From Mycolicibacterium smegmatis (GTDB taxonomy: Bacteria > Actinomycetota > Actinomycetes > Mycobacteriales > Mycobacteriaceae): DNA of 32,000 nucleotides. Shown piece after piece: positions 1 to 10,512 of this stretch (the first letter of the stretch is position 1; every line of letters starts with the position of its first letter). The notes below the pieces were generated by a model. The model searched no databases, had not been told where the DNA came from, and saw only the letters and a list, made by a program, of their open reading frames with translations. The stretch is from NCBI RefSeq assembly GCF_001457595.1, contig NZ_LN831039.1, forward strand, positions 6,240,001-6,272,000, read 5' to 3'. The position numbers were made by a program, and so were the translations under genes.

Positions 1-887
1 CCGCGCACCACCACACCGATGTTGGGATTGCACGTGGCGATCCAGGATCCGGCGGCCGCTGCCGCGGCACACGAACGCACATCGGCGCGGGCGACCACGA
101 CCACCAGGTCGGCTGCCTCGAGCGCGGCCTCGGCCGCGTCGGTGCTGCGCCGGGGGACGTCGCAGACCACCAAAGTCGCGCCGCGACAACCCGCGTCGAT
201 CACGGCGTGCAGTGCCGCCGCGGTGATGTCGACGCCCGCGCGTCCACCCGAGAGCACACTGATCTCGCCGCGGCGCGGCAGCGCGTCGCGCAACGCGCCG
301 TACCCGAGCCTGCCGCCCTGCAGCGCAAGATCCGCCCACCGCAGACCCGGCTGATCCTCACTGCCGAGCACGAGGTCGATGCCGCCGCTCCACGGGTCGG
401 CGTCGACGAGCAACGCTCCCGGCGCCGACAGGGCAAGCGCGGCGGCGAACACCGATGCCCCGGCGCCGCCTTTCGCCGCGACCACCGCAACCACCGGTCC
501 GCGGTGTCCACCGCCCTCGTCGACGACAGACAGCGCCGCCACAAGATCGGTGTCCTGGCGGGGCAGCGTCACGACGTGTTGCGCACCGACGGCGATCGCG
601 GCCTGCCAATCGGCCGGACCCGGTTCGTCGCATCCGATCACGAGCACCCGGTCGCGGCGCGGCAGTCCCCGGTCGGCGCACCGCCGCGCGGCCGACGCGT
701 CGAGCAGCACGGCCGCCGCGGACAGCCAGGCCTTACGACTCGACGGCATCGCCACCTCGACCAGGTCGACGCCGGCCGCGGCAGCGACCCGGGCCACCTC
801 CCCACGCAGCAGCGGATCGCCGAGGACCGCGAGAACGGCGGCGGTGTTCCTTTGCTTGTCTGTCCGGGTGTCCTTCGCAGCGGCCAT
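1..887 (-). CDS. ssd: Septum-site-determining / CpaE-like MinD-ParA family protein (Rv3660c-like), 3' end runs off the window
   Basis: Manual minus-strand translation from ATG at 887: MAAAKDTRTDKQRNTAAVLAVLGDPLLRGEVARVAAAAGVDLVEVAMPSSRKAWLSAAAVLLDASAARRCADRGLPRRD..., open to position 1. Missing from the ORF track because the stop lies outside. Synteny with the next gene (Rv3661-like) supports the call. Confidence 0.8.
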   Translation of the reverse strand, partial: MAAAKDTRTDKQRNTAAVLAVLGDPLLRGEVARVAAAAGVDLVEVAMPSSRKAWLSAAAVLLDASAARRCADRGLPRRDRVLVIGCDEPGPADWQAAIAVGAQHVVTLPRQDTDLVAALSVVDEGGGHRGPVVAVVAAKGGAGASVFAAALALSAPGALLVDADPWSGGIDLVLGSEDQPGLRWADLALQGGRLGYGALRDALPRRGEISVLSGGRAGVDITAAALHAVIDAGCRGATLVVCDVPRRSTDAAEAALEAADLVVVVARADVRSCAAAAAAGSWIATCNPNIGVVVR

Positions 888-939
888 GCCACAAATGTGA
901 CGGCCACCGATATGTCGGCACCACAGCAGAACCACAATC

Positions 940-966
940 TGTGGATAAATCACAGGTTGTGGATAA
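940..966. promoter_or_regulatory. Two perfect consensus DnaA boxes (TGTGGATAA at 940-948 and 958-966), same orientation, 18 bp start-to-start
   Basis: Sequence ...cacaatcTGTGGATAAatcacaggtTGTGGATAActttgacc... ; the reverse complement TTATCCACA is the classic DnaA box. Confidence 0.55.
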
Positions 967-1320
967 CTTTGACCGGAAATTCTCCGGCAACGACCACTCG
1001 CCACTGACACCGGCACTACGGGCCCGGCAATGACGGGCAATCTCGGCGCGGTTTGCGGAGACGGGAATTTTCCCTGGAAAAGAAGACGACCCCCGCCAGG
1101 GGGGGAGGAGGCGGAGGTCGTCGCGTATCAGCCCCGGGGGGTCGGGCTGATACACCTCGGCATAAGCCGAGTAATGCTCACTATACACATGTAACTGCCG
1201 AAAGTCGCAAGAGATCTGACTGCGAGTTTCCTGCAAGCCGTCTGGCGCTCCGAATGGTGGGAATGTGTCGTGAGCTGCCATTTTGTACCTTCGGTCGGTT
1301 ATTGACGCCGAGGGCCATCT

Positions 1321-2202
1321 ATGCTGGCGCTTGTGACCGCATCCGATCGGGCCGCTGAGGAATCGATCGCGGCGACATCCGACGCAACACCCCGCGGCGA
1401 CGATGGTCGCCCCGTGCGCACGGCCGCGTTCTTCGACCTCGACAAGACCGTGATCGCCAAGTCGAGCACGTTGGCATTCAGCAAACCGTTCTTCGACCAA
1501 GGACTGCTGAACCGTCGCACCGTGCTGAAGTCGTCCTACGCGCAGTTCCTCTTCCTGATGTCGGGCGCGGATCACGATCAGATGGACCGGATGCGTGACT
1601 ACATCACAAACATGTGCGCCGGCTGGGACGTCGAACAGGTGAAATCCATCGTCGGCGAGACCCTCCACGGGATCGTCGACCCGCTCGTGTTCGCCGAGGC
1701 CGCCGAGTTGATCGCCGATCACAAGTTGTGCGGCCGCGACGTCGTCGTGGTCTCGGCATCGGGCGAGGAGATCGTCGCCCCCATCGCCAGGGCGCTCGGC
1801 GCCACGCACGCGATGGCCACCCGCATGGTGGTGGAGGACGGCCGGTACACCGGTGAGATCGCGTTCTACTGCTACGGCGAGGGCAAGGCCCAGGCCATCA
1901 AAGCTCTTGCGGCGCGTGAGGGTTACGCGCTCGAGCACTGCTACGCGTACTCGGATTCGATCACCGATCTGCCGATGCTCGAGACGGTGGGGCACCCCAC
2001 CGCGGTCAACCCCGACCGCGCGTTGCGCAAGGAGGCCCTCGCCCGCGACTGGCCGGTGCTGACGTTCACCAAGCCCGTCTCGCTGCGTGACCGGTTCCCC
2101 GCGCCGTCGGGTGCGGCGGTCGCCACCACCGCGGCCGTCGGCATCAGCGCACTGGCCGCCGGCGCTCTGACGTACTCGCTGCTGCGCCGGTTCGCGCTCT
2201 GA
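1321..2202 (+). CDS. HAD-superfamily IB hydrolase (SerB-like phosphatase, Rv3661-like)
   Basis: 293 aa ORF; motifs AAFFDLDKTVIAKSSTLAF (HAD motif I) and GYALEHCYAYSDSITDLPMLETVGHPTAVNPD (motif IV). Confidence 0.88.
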   Translation: MLALVTASDRAAEESIAATSDATPRGDDGRPVRTAAFFDLDKTVIAKSSTLAFSKPFFDQGLLNRRTVLKSSYAQFLFLMSGADHDQMDRMRDYITNMCAGWDVEQVKSIVGETLHGIVDPLVFAEAAELIADHKLCGRDVVVVSASGEEIVAPIARALGATHAMATRMVVEDGRYTGEIAFYCYGEGKAQAIKALAAREGYALEHCYAYSDSITDLPMLETVGHPTAVNPDRALRKEALARDWPVLTFTKPVSLRDRFPAPSGAAVATTAAVGISALAAGALTYSLLRRFAL

Positions 2203-2315
2203 CGCAATCGCTTCGGCGCCGTTTCGTGAAGGTAGCTGGACACCGCTGCGTAACGATCGGACGACGCGCGGATTTTGGCCCTTGCTGTGACTCGGGACAC
2301 GTAGTACAAAGGAGG

Positions 2316-2620
2316 CACGGAAGCTTGGCGAGGCCAAGACCCAGCCGGAAGAGAAGGCTAGATCTCCCGACCCAAGCTCCTAGCACGGATACCGAGCACC
2401 CACGCGGAGCACATGCCGCGGAATAGGCAAAAGTGTTGCGGACCTGCGTAGTTTCGAAAAGCGGACGGCCACGACGGCCCTTTGGGTGGGGTTGCAGCCG
2501 TAGCGCATCGCAAAGACGCCGAGGTCACCCACGCAACCCACATCGCACGCTTGGTCACTCGGGGTCCGTGCTAGCGGGCGGCGAACCGGACATTGTCCGG
2601 GACGCCGCCCGATTTCTTTT
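2316..2620 (+). ncRNA. ms1: Ms1 / MTS2823-type small RNA (6S-like, RNA polymerase core-binding); boundaries approximate
   Basis: Non-coding gap directly downstream of the Rv3661-like gene (known locus of MTS2823/Ms1). Candidate promoter TTGCTG (2282-2287) -17 bp- TACAAA (2305-2310). Terminal closing helix GCACGGA (2315-2321) with TCCGTGC (2565-2571). Strong terminator hairpin ends near 2620. Implied length of about 300 nt matches known Ms1. Confidence 0.8.
2576..2620 (+). terminator. Intrinsic terminator of the Ms1-like RNA
   Basis: GGGCGGCG (2576-2583) pairs with CGCCGCCC (2603-2610); inner CCGGAC (2586-2591) pairs with GTCCGG (2595-2600); followed by GATTTCTTTT. Confidence 0.8.
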
Positions 2621-2640
2621 GCTGGACCCGGTCAAGTTCG

Positions 2641-3423
2641 TCACTGCGCCTGGGCTTCCCGGTACCCCATCGCCGACGAGATGCGCGCCGCGCTGCGCCG
2701 CACCACGGGCACCAGGCCGCGCATCCGCGCGGCGGGCATGTAGGGCCGCGTCGCCGACACACTGATCGCCCCGACGATGGCCTTCGAGGCGTCGCGCACC
2801 GGGGCCGCCACGCACCGGATACCGGGCTCGTTGTCCTCCAGGTCCATCGCAGAACCGCTCTTGGCGTAGGTCTGCATGCGCGTGCAGAACTCGGCGCACC
2901 GCTCGGCGAGCTCGCCGCGTCGCACCACCGTCGGGACCGTCACGCGGTCCTCGTCGGCGATGTACAGCTCTTCCCAGCGCTCCGGGGAATCCAGCAGCAG
3001 CGCCATCCCCACGCCCGTGCGCGTCAACGGCATGCGGTGCCCCACCCGTGAGCGCATCTCGGCGCCGCGCGTACCGGGCAGCTTCTCCAGGTACAGCACC
3101 GAGTCGCCGTCGACCACGCCCAGGTGCACGGTGTCGTGCACCTGCTCGGACAGCTCCTCCAAAAACGGGCGGGCCACCACGGGCAACGGATTGCCGTGCA
3201 ACGCTTTGAATCCCAGCTCGATCAACGCAGGCCCCAGCGTGTAGCCACCGTCGACGTGACGCAGGAACTCCTCGTGCACCAGCAGCTGGACCAGGCGGTG
3301 GGTGGTGCTGCGTCCCAGGCCGGTGTGCTCGACGAGGCCACGCAGATCCCGTGCACCGTCGGCGACGGCCCTGATCACCGCCAGTCCACGCGCCAGCGTC
3401 TGGGTACCGGGTGGAACGCTCAT
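2641..3423 (-). CDS. IclR-family transcriptional regulator (probable galactonate operon regulator)
   Basis: Track ORF 2641..3480 with better start MSVPPGTQTLARGLAVIRAVADGARDLRGLVEHTGLGRSTTHRLVQLLV at 3423; IclR N-terminal HTH; divergent from dgo genes. Confidence 0.88.
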   Translation of the reverse strand: MSVPPGTQTLARGLAVIRAVADGARDLRGLVEHTGLGRSTTHRLVQLLVHEEFLRHVDGGYTLGPALIELGFKALHGNPLPVVARPFLEELSEQVHDTVHLGVVDGDSVLYLEKLPGTRGAEMRSRVGHRMPLTRTGVGMALLLDSPERWEELYIADEDRVTVPTVVRRGELAERCAEFCTRMQTYAKSGSAMDLEDNEPGIRCVAAPVRDASKAIVGAISVSATRPYMPAARMRGLVPVVRRSAARISSAMGYREAQAQ

Positions 3424-3490
3424 GCCGCGAGCATCCCATATATAGGGATTGTGTTGGAAATTTTGGGACTGGGTTCCCATAGTGGCCCTT

Positions 3491-4498
3491 GTGACCCATC
3501 ACACCCCGGCGCCCGGCGTGGCGCGGCTCATCGCCCTGGACTGGGGCACGACCGCGTTGCGGGCCTGGCTCCTCGGCGACAACGGCCGGGTGCTCGACGC
3601 GCGTGCCCATGACGGCGGACTGCTCAGCGTCACCGCAGGCACGCCGACCGACATCAGGGCAGACACCCGCGCCGACGACTACGAGAAGGTGTTCGCCGCG
3701 GTGTGCGGCGACTGGCTCGGCGCGCAGCCGGGCCTGCCGGCGATCGCGTGCGGCATGGTGGGCAGCGCGCAGGGCTGGCAGGAGGCCGGCTACGTGACCG
3801 TGCCCGCCGACCTGCGCTTCGACGCCGCGACGCTCACCCGCGTACCCCACAAAGACGGCGTGCTGCACCTCGTTCCCGGACTGCGGGTCGCCCCCACCGG
3901 CCAGAGGACCGGTGACGTGATGCGCGGCGAGGAGACACAACTGGTCGGCGTGCTCGACCTGCTCGACGAATCCGGGGACCTGCTCGTGGTGCTGCCCGGG
4001 ACCCACACGAAGTGGGTCAGAATCGCTGCCGGACAGGTGGAATCGTTCACCACCGCGATGACCGGCGAGCTCTACGGCCTGCTCATGGAGCACGGCATCC
4101 TCGCCCGCACGGCGCACGCGCCGGTCCGTGACGACGCAGCGTTCACGCGCGGGCTCGACGCCGACATCTCCCGCGGCATCTCGACGGCCCTGTTCGGTGC
4201 CCGGGCCCTCGTGCTCGACGGCGCACTGGAACCGAGCGCGCTGCCGGACTACGTGTCGGGCCTGCTGATCGCCGACGAGATCCGCCACCTGCTGCCCGCC
4301 GACCGAAAGCGAATCGTGCTGTGCGGCAAGCCCGATCTGTGCCGCCGCTACGCAGCCGCGCTCGAGCGCCACGACGCGCACCCGGCGGCGACGCTCACCG
4401 AGGAGGCCGCGGCGCGCGGCCTGTGGCACATCGCGGTCACCAGCGGCCTCGTCACCGGCGATGACGCCGCGCGACACCGAATCGAGGAGGTTTCATGA
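3491..4498 (+). CDS. dgoK: 2-dehydro-3-deoxygalactonokinase
   Basis: RLIALDWGTTALRAWLLGDNGRVLDAR..., VLPGTHTKWVRI, GEETQLVGV; typical DgoK. GTG start at 3491 preferred over the TTG at 3449. Confidence 0.9.
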   Translation: MTHHTPAPGVARLIALDWGTTALRAWLLGDNGRVLDARAHDGGLLSVTAGTPTDIRADTRADDYEKVFAAVCGDWLGAQPGLPAIACGMVGSAQGWQEAGYVTVPADLRFDAATLTRVPHKDGVLHLVPGLRVAPTGQRTGDVMRGEETQLVGVLDLLDESGDLLVVLPGTHTKWVRIAAGQVESFTTAMTGELYGLLMEHGILARTAHAPVRDDAAFTRGLDADISRGISTALFGARALVLDGALEPSALPDYVSGLLIADEIRHLLPADRKRIVLCGKPDLCRRYAAALERHDAHPAATLTEEAAARGLWHIAVTSGLVTGDDAARHRIEEVS

Positions 4499-5121
4499 AC
4501 CAGCCCACCGGATTGGTGGCGATCCTGCGCGGGGTGCGCCCCGACGAGATCCTGGCGATCGGCGGCGCGCTGATCGACGCCGGGTTCACCGCGATCGAGA
4601 TACCGCTGAACTCCCCCGACCCCTTCGACTCGATCGAACGCCTCGCGGCCGCGGCACCGGAAGGTTGCGTGATCGGTGCCGGAACCGTGCTGACGGTCGA
4701 CGACGTCGTCCGCGCCGAATCGGCCGGCGCCCGGATCATGGTGTCGCCCAACGCCAACCCTGAGGTGATCGCCGTCGCCACACGACGCGGCATGCGCGCC
4801 TACCCCGGCGTCGCGACCCCCACCGAGGCGTTCAGCGCGGTCGACGCGGGCGCACGCAACCTCAAGCTGTTCCCGTCCGATGCGGTCGGCATCTCCGGCA
4901 TGAAGGCCTGGCGCGCAGTGCTTCCCGCCGACATCGAGATGCTGCCGGTCGGCGGTGTGGACGAGAACAACCTGGCCGACTGGATCGCCGCGGGCGCCGA
5001 CGGCGCGGGCCTCGGCACCAATCTGTACCGCCCCGGTGACGACGCCGACGCGGTCGCACGGCGCGCCCGCACCCTGCAGGACATCTGGTCTGACGCATAC
5101 GCCGAGAGGAACCCACGATGA
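4495..5121 (+). CDS. dgoA: 2-dehydro-3-deoxy-6-phosphogalactonate aldolase
   Basis: 208 aa; [43 protein letters not shown]; overlaps dgoK stop by 4 bp. Confidence 0.92.
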   Translation: MNQPTGLVAILRGVRPDEILAIGGALIDAGFTAIEIPLNSPDPFDSIERLAAAAPEGCVIGAGTVLTVDDVVRAESAGARIMVSPNANPEVIAVATRRGMRAYPGVATPTEAFSAVDAGARNLKLFPSDAVGISGMKAWRAVLPADIEMLPVGGVDENNLADWIAAGADGAGLGTNLYRPGDDADAVARRARTLQDIWSDAYAERNPR

Positions 5122-6266
5122 AGATCAAATCGGTGCAGACGTACACCGTTCCCCCGCGGTGGCTCTTCCTGCGCATCGAGACCGACGAGGGCCTCGTCGG
5201 CTGGGGCGAACCCGTCCTCGAAGGCCGCGCGGCCACCGTGGCCGCCGCGGTCGAGGAACTGTCGGACTACCTGATCGGCCAGGATCCCGGCCAGATCGAG
5301 GATCTGTGGACCGTGATGTACCGCGGCGGGTTCTATCGCGGCGGCGGCATCCACATGAGCGCGCTGGCCGGCATCGACCAGGCGTTGTGGGACCTCAAGG
5401 GCAAGACCCTCGGCGTGCCGACACACGAACTGCTGGGCGGGCGCGTCCGCGACCGGATCAAGGTGTACTCGTGGATCGGCGGCGACCGGCCGAGCGAAAC
5501 CGCCAAGGCCGCACGCGAAGTCGTCGACCGGGGATTCACCGCGGTGAAGATGAACGGCACCGAGGAGTTGCAGTACGTCGACACGTGGGACAAGGTGGAC
5601 CGCGCGGTGGCCAGTGTGGCCGCCGTACGCGACGCGGTGGGCCCCAACATCGGCATCGGCGTGGATTTCCATGGGCGCGTACACAAGCCGATGGCCAAGG
5701 TGCTGCTGCGCGAACTCGAGCCCTACCGGTTGATGTTCGTCGAGGAACCCGTGCTCAGTGAGCACGTGGACGGTTTCGTCGACGTGCTGCGGCAGTCCCC
5801 CATCCCGATCGCCCTGGGCGAGCGGCTGTTCTCGCGGTGGGACGCCAAGACGATCCTGGCCTCGGGCTCGGTCGACATCATCCAGCCGGATCCGTCGCAC
5901 TGCGGCGGGATCACCGAGGCCCGCAAGATCGCCCACATGGCCGAGGCGTACGACGTCGCGCTCGCGCTGCACTGCCCCCTGGGGCCGATCGCGCTCGCGG
6001 CGTGCCTGCAGATCGACGCGGGCTGCTACAACGCGACGATCCAGGAGCAGAGCCTGGGCATCCACTACAACACGACCAACGACCTACTCGACTACCTCGC
6101 CGATCCGGGCGTTTTCACCTACGCCGACGGGCAGGTCCAGATCCCGACGGGACCGGGGCTCGGCATCGAGATCAACGAGGAGTACGTGGCCGAACGGGCG
6201 GCCGAGGGACATCGGTGGCGCAACCCGGTCTGGCGCCACGCCGACGGATCGTTCGCGGAGTGGTGA
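5118..6266 (+). CDS. dgoD: D-galactonate dehydratase (enolase superfamily)
   Basis: 382 aa; [38 protein letters not shown]..., [40 protein letters not shown]. Confidence 0.93.
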   Translation: MKIKSVQTYTVPPRWLFLRIETDEGLVGWGEPVLEGRAATVAAAVEELSDYLIGQDPGQIEDLWTVMYRGGFYRGGGIHMSALAGIDQALWDLKGKTLGVPTHELLGGRVRDRIKVYSWIGGDRPSETAKAAREVVDRGFTAVKMNGTEELQYVDTWDKVDRAVASVAAVRDAVGPNIGIGVDFHGRVHKPMAKVLLRELEPYRLMFVEEPVLSEHVDGFVDVLRQSPIPIALGERLFSRWDAKTILASGSVDIIQPDPSHCGGITEARKIAHMAEAYDVALALHCPLGPIALAACLQIDAGCYNATIQEQSLGIHYNTTNDLLDYLADPGVFTYADGQVQIPTGPGLGIEINEEYVAERAAEGHRWRNPVWRHADGSFAEW

Positions 6267-6271
6267 GGCAT

Positions 6272-7603
6272 ATGACCCAGACCGGAAACACCAGCGCGTC
6301 ACCGCAATTGGCCAAGCAGGCCTCCCACGCACGCATCCTCATCGCGGTGATGCTGTTCATCACCGTGGTGATCAACTACATGGACCGGGCCAACCTGTCG
6401 ATCGCGATGCCCGCGATCGCCGACGAGATGGACCTGACCAAGGCGCAGCAGGGCCTGCTGCTCAGCGCGTTCGGCTGGACCTATGCGGCACTGCAGATCC
6501 CGGGCGGATGGCTCGTCGACCGGGTGCGCCCGCGCGTGCTGTACCCGGTGTGCCTGGCGCTGTGGTCGCTGGCGACGTTGTTCATGGGCGTCATCGGCGG
6601 GTTCGTCGCGCTGATCGCGCTGCGCCTGCTGGTCGGTGTGTTCGAGGCGCCGGCGTATCCCATCAACAACCGCGTCGCGACGACGTGGTTCCCCGAGCGT
6701 GAACGCGCCTCGGTCATCGGCTTCTACACCTCCGGGCAGTTCATCGGCCTGGCGCTGCTCACACCCGTGCTGTCCTGGCTGCAGGCCACCATGAGCTGGC
6801 ACTGGGTGTTCATCGTGACCGGCGCGATCGGCATCGGCTGGGCGGCGCTGTGGTACCTGAAGTACCGCGAACCGCGCGAATCCAACGCCAACGAAGCCGA
6901 ACTCGAGCTCATCGAAAGCGGCGGCGCCCTGGTGGACGTCGTGGAAGATCAGCCGCAGCGGGTCGCGGTGACGCGCGCCGACGTCGCGACGGTGCTCGGG
7001 CGGCGCAAGCTGTGGGGCATCTACCTGGGCCAGTTCTGCCTGACCTCGACGCTGTGGTTCTTCCTCACCTGGTTCCCGACGTACCTCGTCGAGTACCGCG
7101 GCATGGACTACATCAAGACCGGGTTCCTGGCGTCGCTGCCGTTCATCGCCGCACTGGTCGGTGTGCTGTTCTCCGGCGTCCTGTCGGATTTCCTGCTGCG
7201 GCGCGGTGTTTCGCTCGGCGCGGCCCGCAAGGGCCCGATCATCGCCGGGCTCCTGCTGACCACGGCCATGCTGGGCGCCAACTACACCGACTCCACGGCC
7301 ATGGTGGTGCTGTTCCTGTCGATCGCGTTCTTCGGCAACGGTCTGGCGTCGATCACGTGGTCGCTGGTCTCGGCGCTGGCACCCAAGAGGTTGCTGGGCC
7401 TGACCGGCGGCATGTTCAACTTCATCGGCAACCTGTCGTCGATCGCCACACCGATCATCATCGGCCTGCTGGTCACCGACGAGAGCTTCGCGCCCGGCTT
7501 CGTTTACATGACCGTCGTGACCCTGATCGGCATCGCGTCGTACGTGCTGCTGGTCGGCCGCGTCGAGCGGGTGCGGGAAAAGGCGGTCACCCAACCCGCT
7601 TGA
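6272..7603 (+). CDS. dgoT: MFS transporter, D-galactonate/hexuronate type
   Basis: ATG at 6272, five bp after dgoD: MTQTGNTSASPQLAKQASHARILIAVMLFITVVINYMDRANLSIAMPAIADEMDLTKAQQGLLLSAFGWTYA..., typical ACS-family MFS; 443 aa. Confidence 0.88.
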   Translation: MTQTGNTSASPQLAKQASHARILIAVMLFITVVINYMDRANLSIAMPAIADEMDLTKAQQGLLLSAFGWTYAALQIPGGWLVDRVRPRVLYPVCLALWSLATLFMGVIGGFVALIALRLLVGVFEAPAYPINNRVATTWFPERERASVIGFYTSGQFIGLALLTPVLSWLQATMSWHWVFIVTGAIGIGWAALWYLKYREPRESNANEAELELIESGGALVDVVEDQPQRVAVTRADVATVLGRRKLWGIYLGQFCLTSTLWFFLTWFPTYLVEYRGMDYIKTGFLASLPFIAALVGVLFSGVLSDFLLRRGVSLGAARKGPIIAGLLLTTAMLGANYTDSTAMVVLFLSIAFFGNGLASITWSLVSALAPKRLLGLTGGMFNFIGNLSSIATPIIIGLLVTDESFAPGFVYMTVVTLIGIASYVLLVGRVERVREKAVTQPA

Positions 7604-7604
7604 G

Positions 7605-8360
7605 CTAGCCCGCTTGAGCTATGTGCTGCGCGATCTGGAGCGCCTCACGCGCTCCGGCGTGCAGCGCCTCGCAGCCGAGCAGCAGCCACGCGGTCAGACC
7701 GTCGGTGGTCCCCGACGCGAATCCGCGGGCGGCCCCACGGTACTCGCCCGACTTGCGCATCCAGTGCACCTCGGGCACGCCGAGACCGTGCGGGTCCAGC
7801 CCGCTCGCGATCGTTACCAGCCGCGAGACCGCGCGCGCCACCACACCGTCGGCCGTGCCGAACGGGGCCAGCGTCAGCAACTCCCCGTGCGCGACGGCGG
7901 CCAGCACCGGGGCGGGCACCTTGGACCCGCCGGTGAGAAGTTCGATCAGCAACTCCAGCCGCGGCCCCACCTCGGGGTCGGTGCGGGGACGGCCCAGGTG
8001 CTCGTCGTCGGTGAGATCGGCTGCTGCCAGCGCGTGCAACCGGGCCAGCGCCTGCATCGGCGCGCGCTGCCACACCGTCACCAACGAGGTCGCGCCGCCT
8101 TCGAGCGCCTCGGCCACGCGGATCGCACCCGCGGTCACCGGATCTGGGTCGCCGTCGGCCGACAGCTGCACCGTCCCGCCGTCCAGCACGGCCGACGCGC
8201 GGGCGCCACGCAGCACGGACTCGGCCGCGGTCTGCGGCCAGCCCCGCAGGTTGACCTTGTGTCGGTGCGCGCGTCCGAGCGCGTCCCGCGCCTCGTCGCA
8301 GGCCGCGGCGACGCCGGGCAGCTCGAACAGCGGCGCGAGAGGATCAGGGCGCTCGGTCAT
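7605..8360 (-). CDS. Conserved mycobacterial hypothetical protein (Rv3662c-like)
   Basis: 251 aa, MTERPDPLAPLFELPGVAAACDEARDALGRAHRHKVNLRGWPQTAAES...; synteny. Confidence 0.75.
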   Translation of the reverse strand: MTERPDPLAPLFELPGVAAACDEARDALGRAHRHKVNLRGWPQTAAESVLRGARASAVLDGGTVQLSADGDPDPVTAGAIRVAEALEGGATSLVTVWQRAPMQALARLHALAAADLTDDEHLGRPRTDPEVGPRLELLIELLTGGSKVPAPVLAAVAHGELLTLAPFGTADGVVARAVSRLVTIASGLDPHGLGVPEVHWMRKSGEYRGAARGFASGTTDGLTAWLLLGCEALHAGAREALQIAQHIAQAG

Positions 8361-8468
8361 AACCAGCCACGCTAGTCGACCGCTGATCGCGTCTTCGCCG
8401 ACCGTTCAGCGCATTCAGACCACCGTCCACCAGCAGACATGTGAGGGTCCAACGTGTGTGCAACGTTC

Positions 8469-8484
8469 GGTGACTAGGCTCACA
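8469..8484 (+). promoter_or_regulatory. Candidate CRP (Cmr) binding site upstream of acsA
   Basis: GGTGACTAGGCTCACA matches TGTGA-N6-TCACA with one mismatch; ends 4 bp before the acsA ATG. Confidence 0.55.
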
Positions 8485-8487
8485 GCC

Positions 8488-10443
<1,956 letters not shown>

Positions 10444-10460
10444 CCTCGCAACGAGCATCG

Positions 10461-10494
10461 GAACTGCCCGGTCTCCTCGGAGACCGGGCAGTTC
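10461..10494. terminator. Bidirectional terminator hairpin between convergent acsA and protease gene
   Basis: Perfect 14-bp stem GAACTGCCCGGTCT / AGACCGGGCAGTTC with 6-nt loop CCTCGG. Confidence 0.8.
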
Positions 10495-10512
10495 TGTTCA
10501 TGCGTCTGGCAG

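Noticed and set aside
940-966. DnaA boxes as a chromosomal replication origin
   Set aside because: Only two boxes, no AT-rich unwinding region and no dnaA/dnaN nearby; kept only as a regulatory or titration candidate.
2203-2640. Small ORFs (e.g. 2226..2426, 2144..2386, 2433..2765)
   Set aside because: They overlap the Ms1-like RNA or run into the IclR gene; composition and structure favour non-coding RNA.
4800-7594. Minus-strand ORFs of 421 and 431 aa opposite dgoD and dgoT
   Set aside because: Arise from codon bias of dgoD/dgoT; low-complexity His/Arg/Asp-rich translations.
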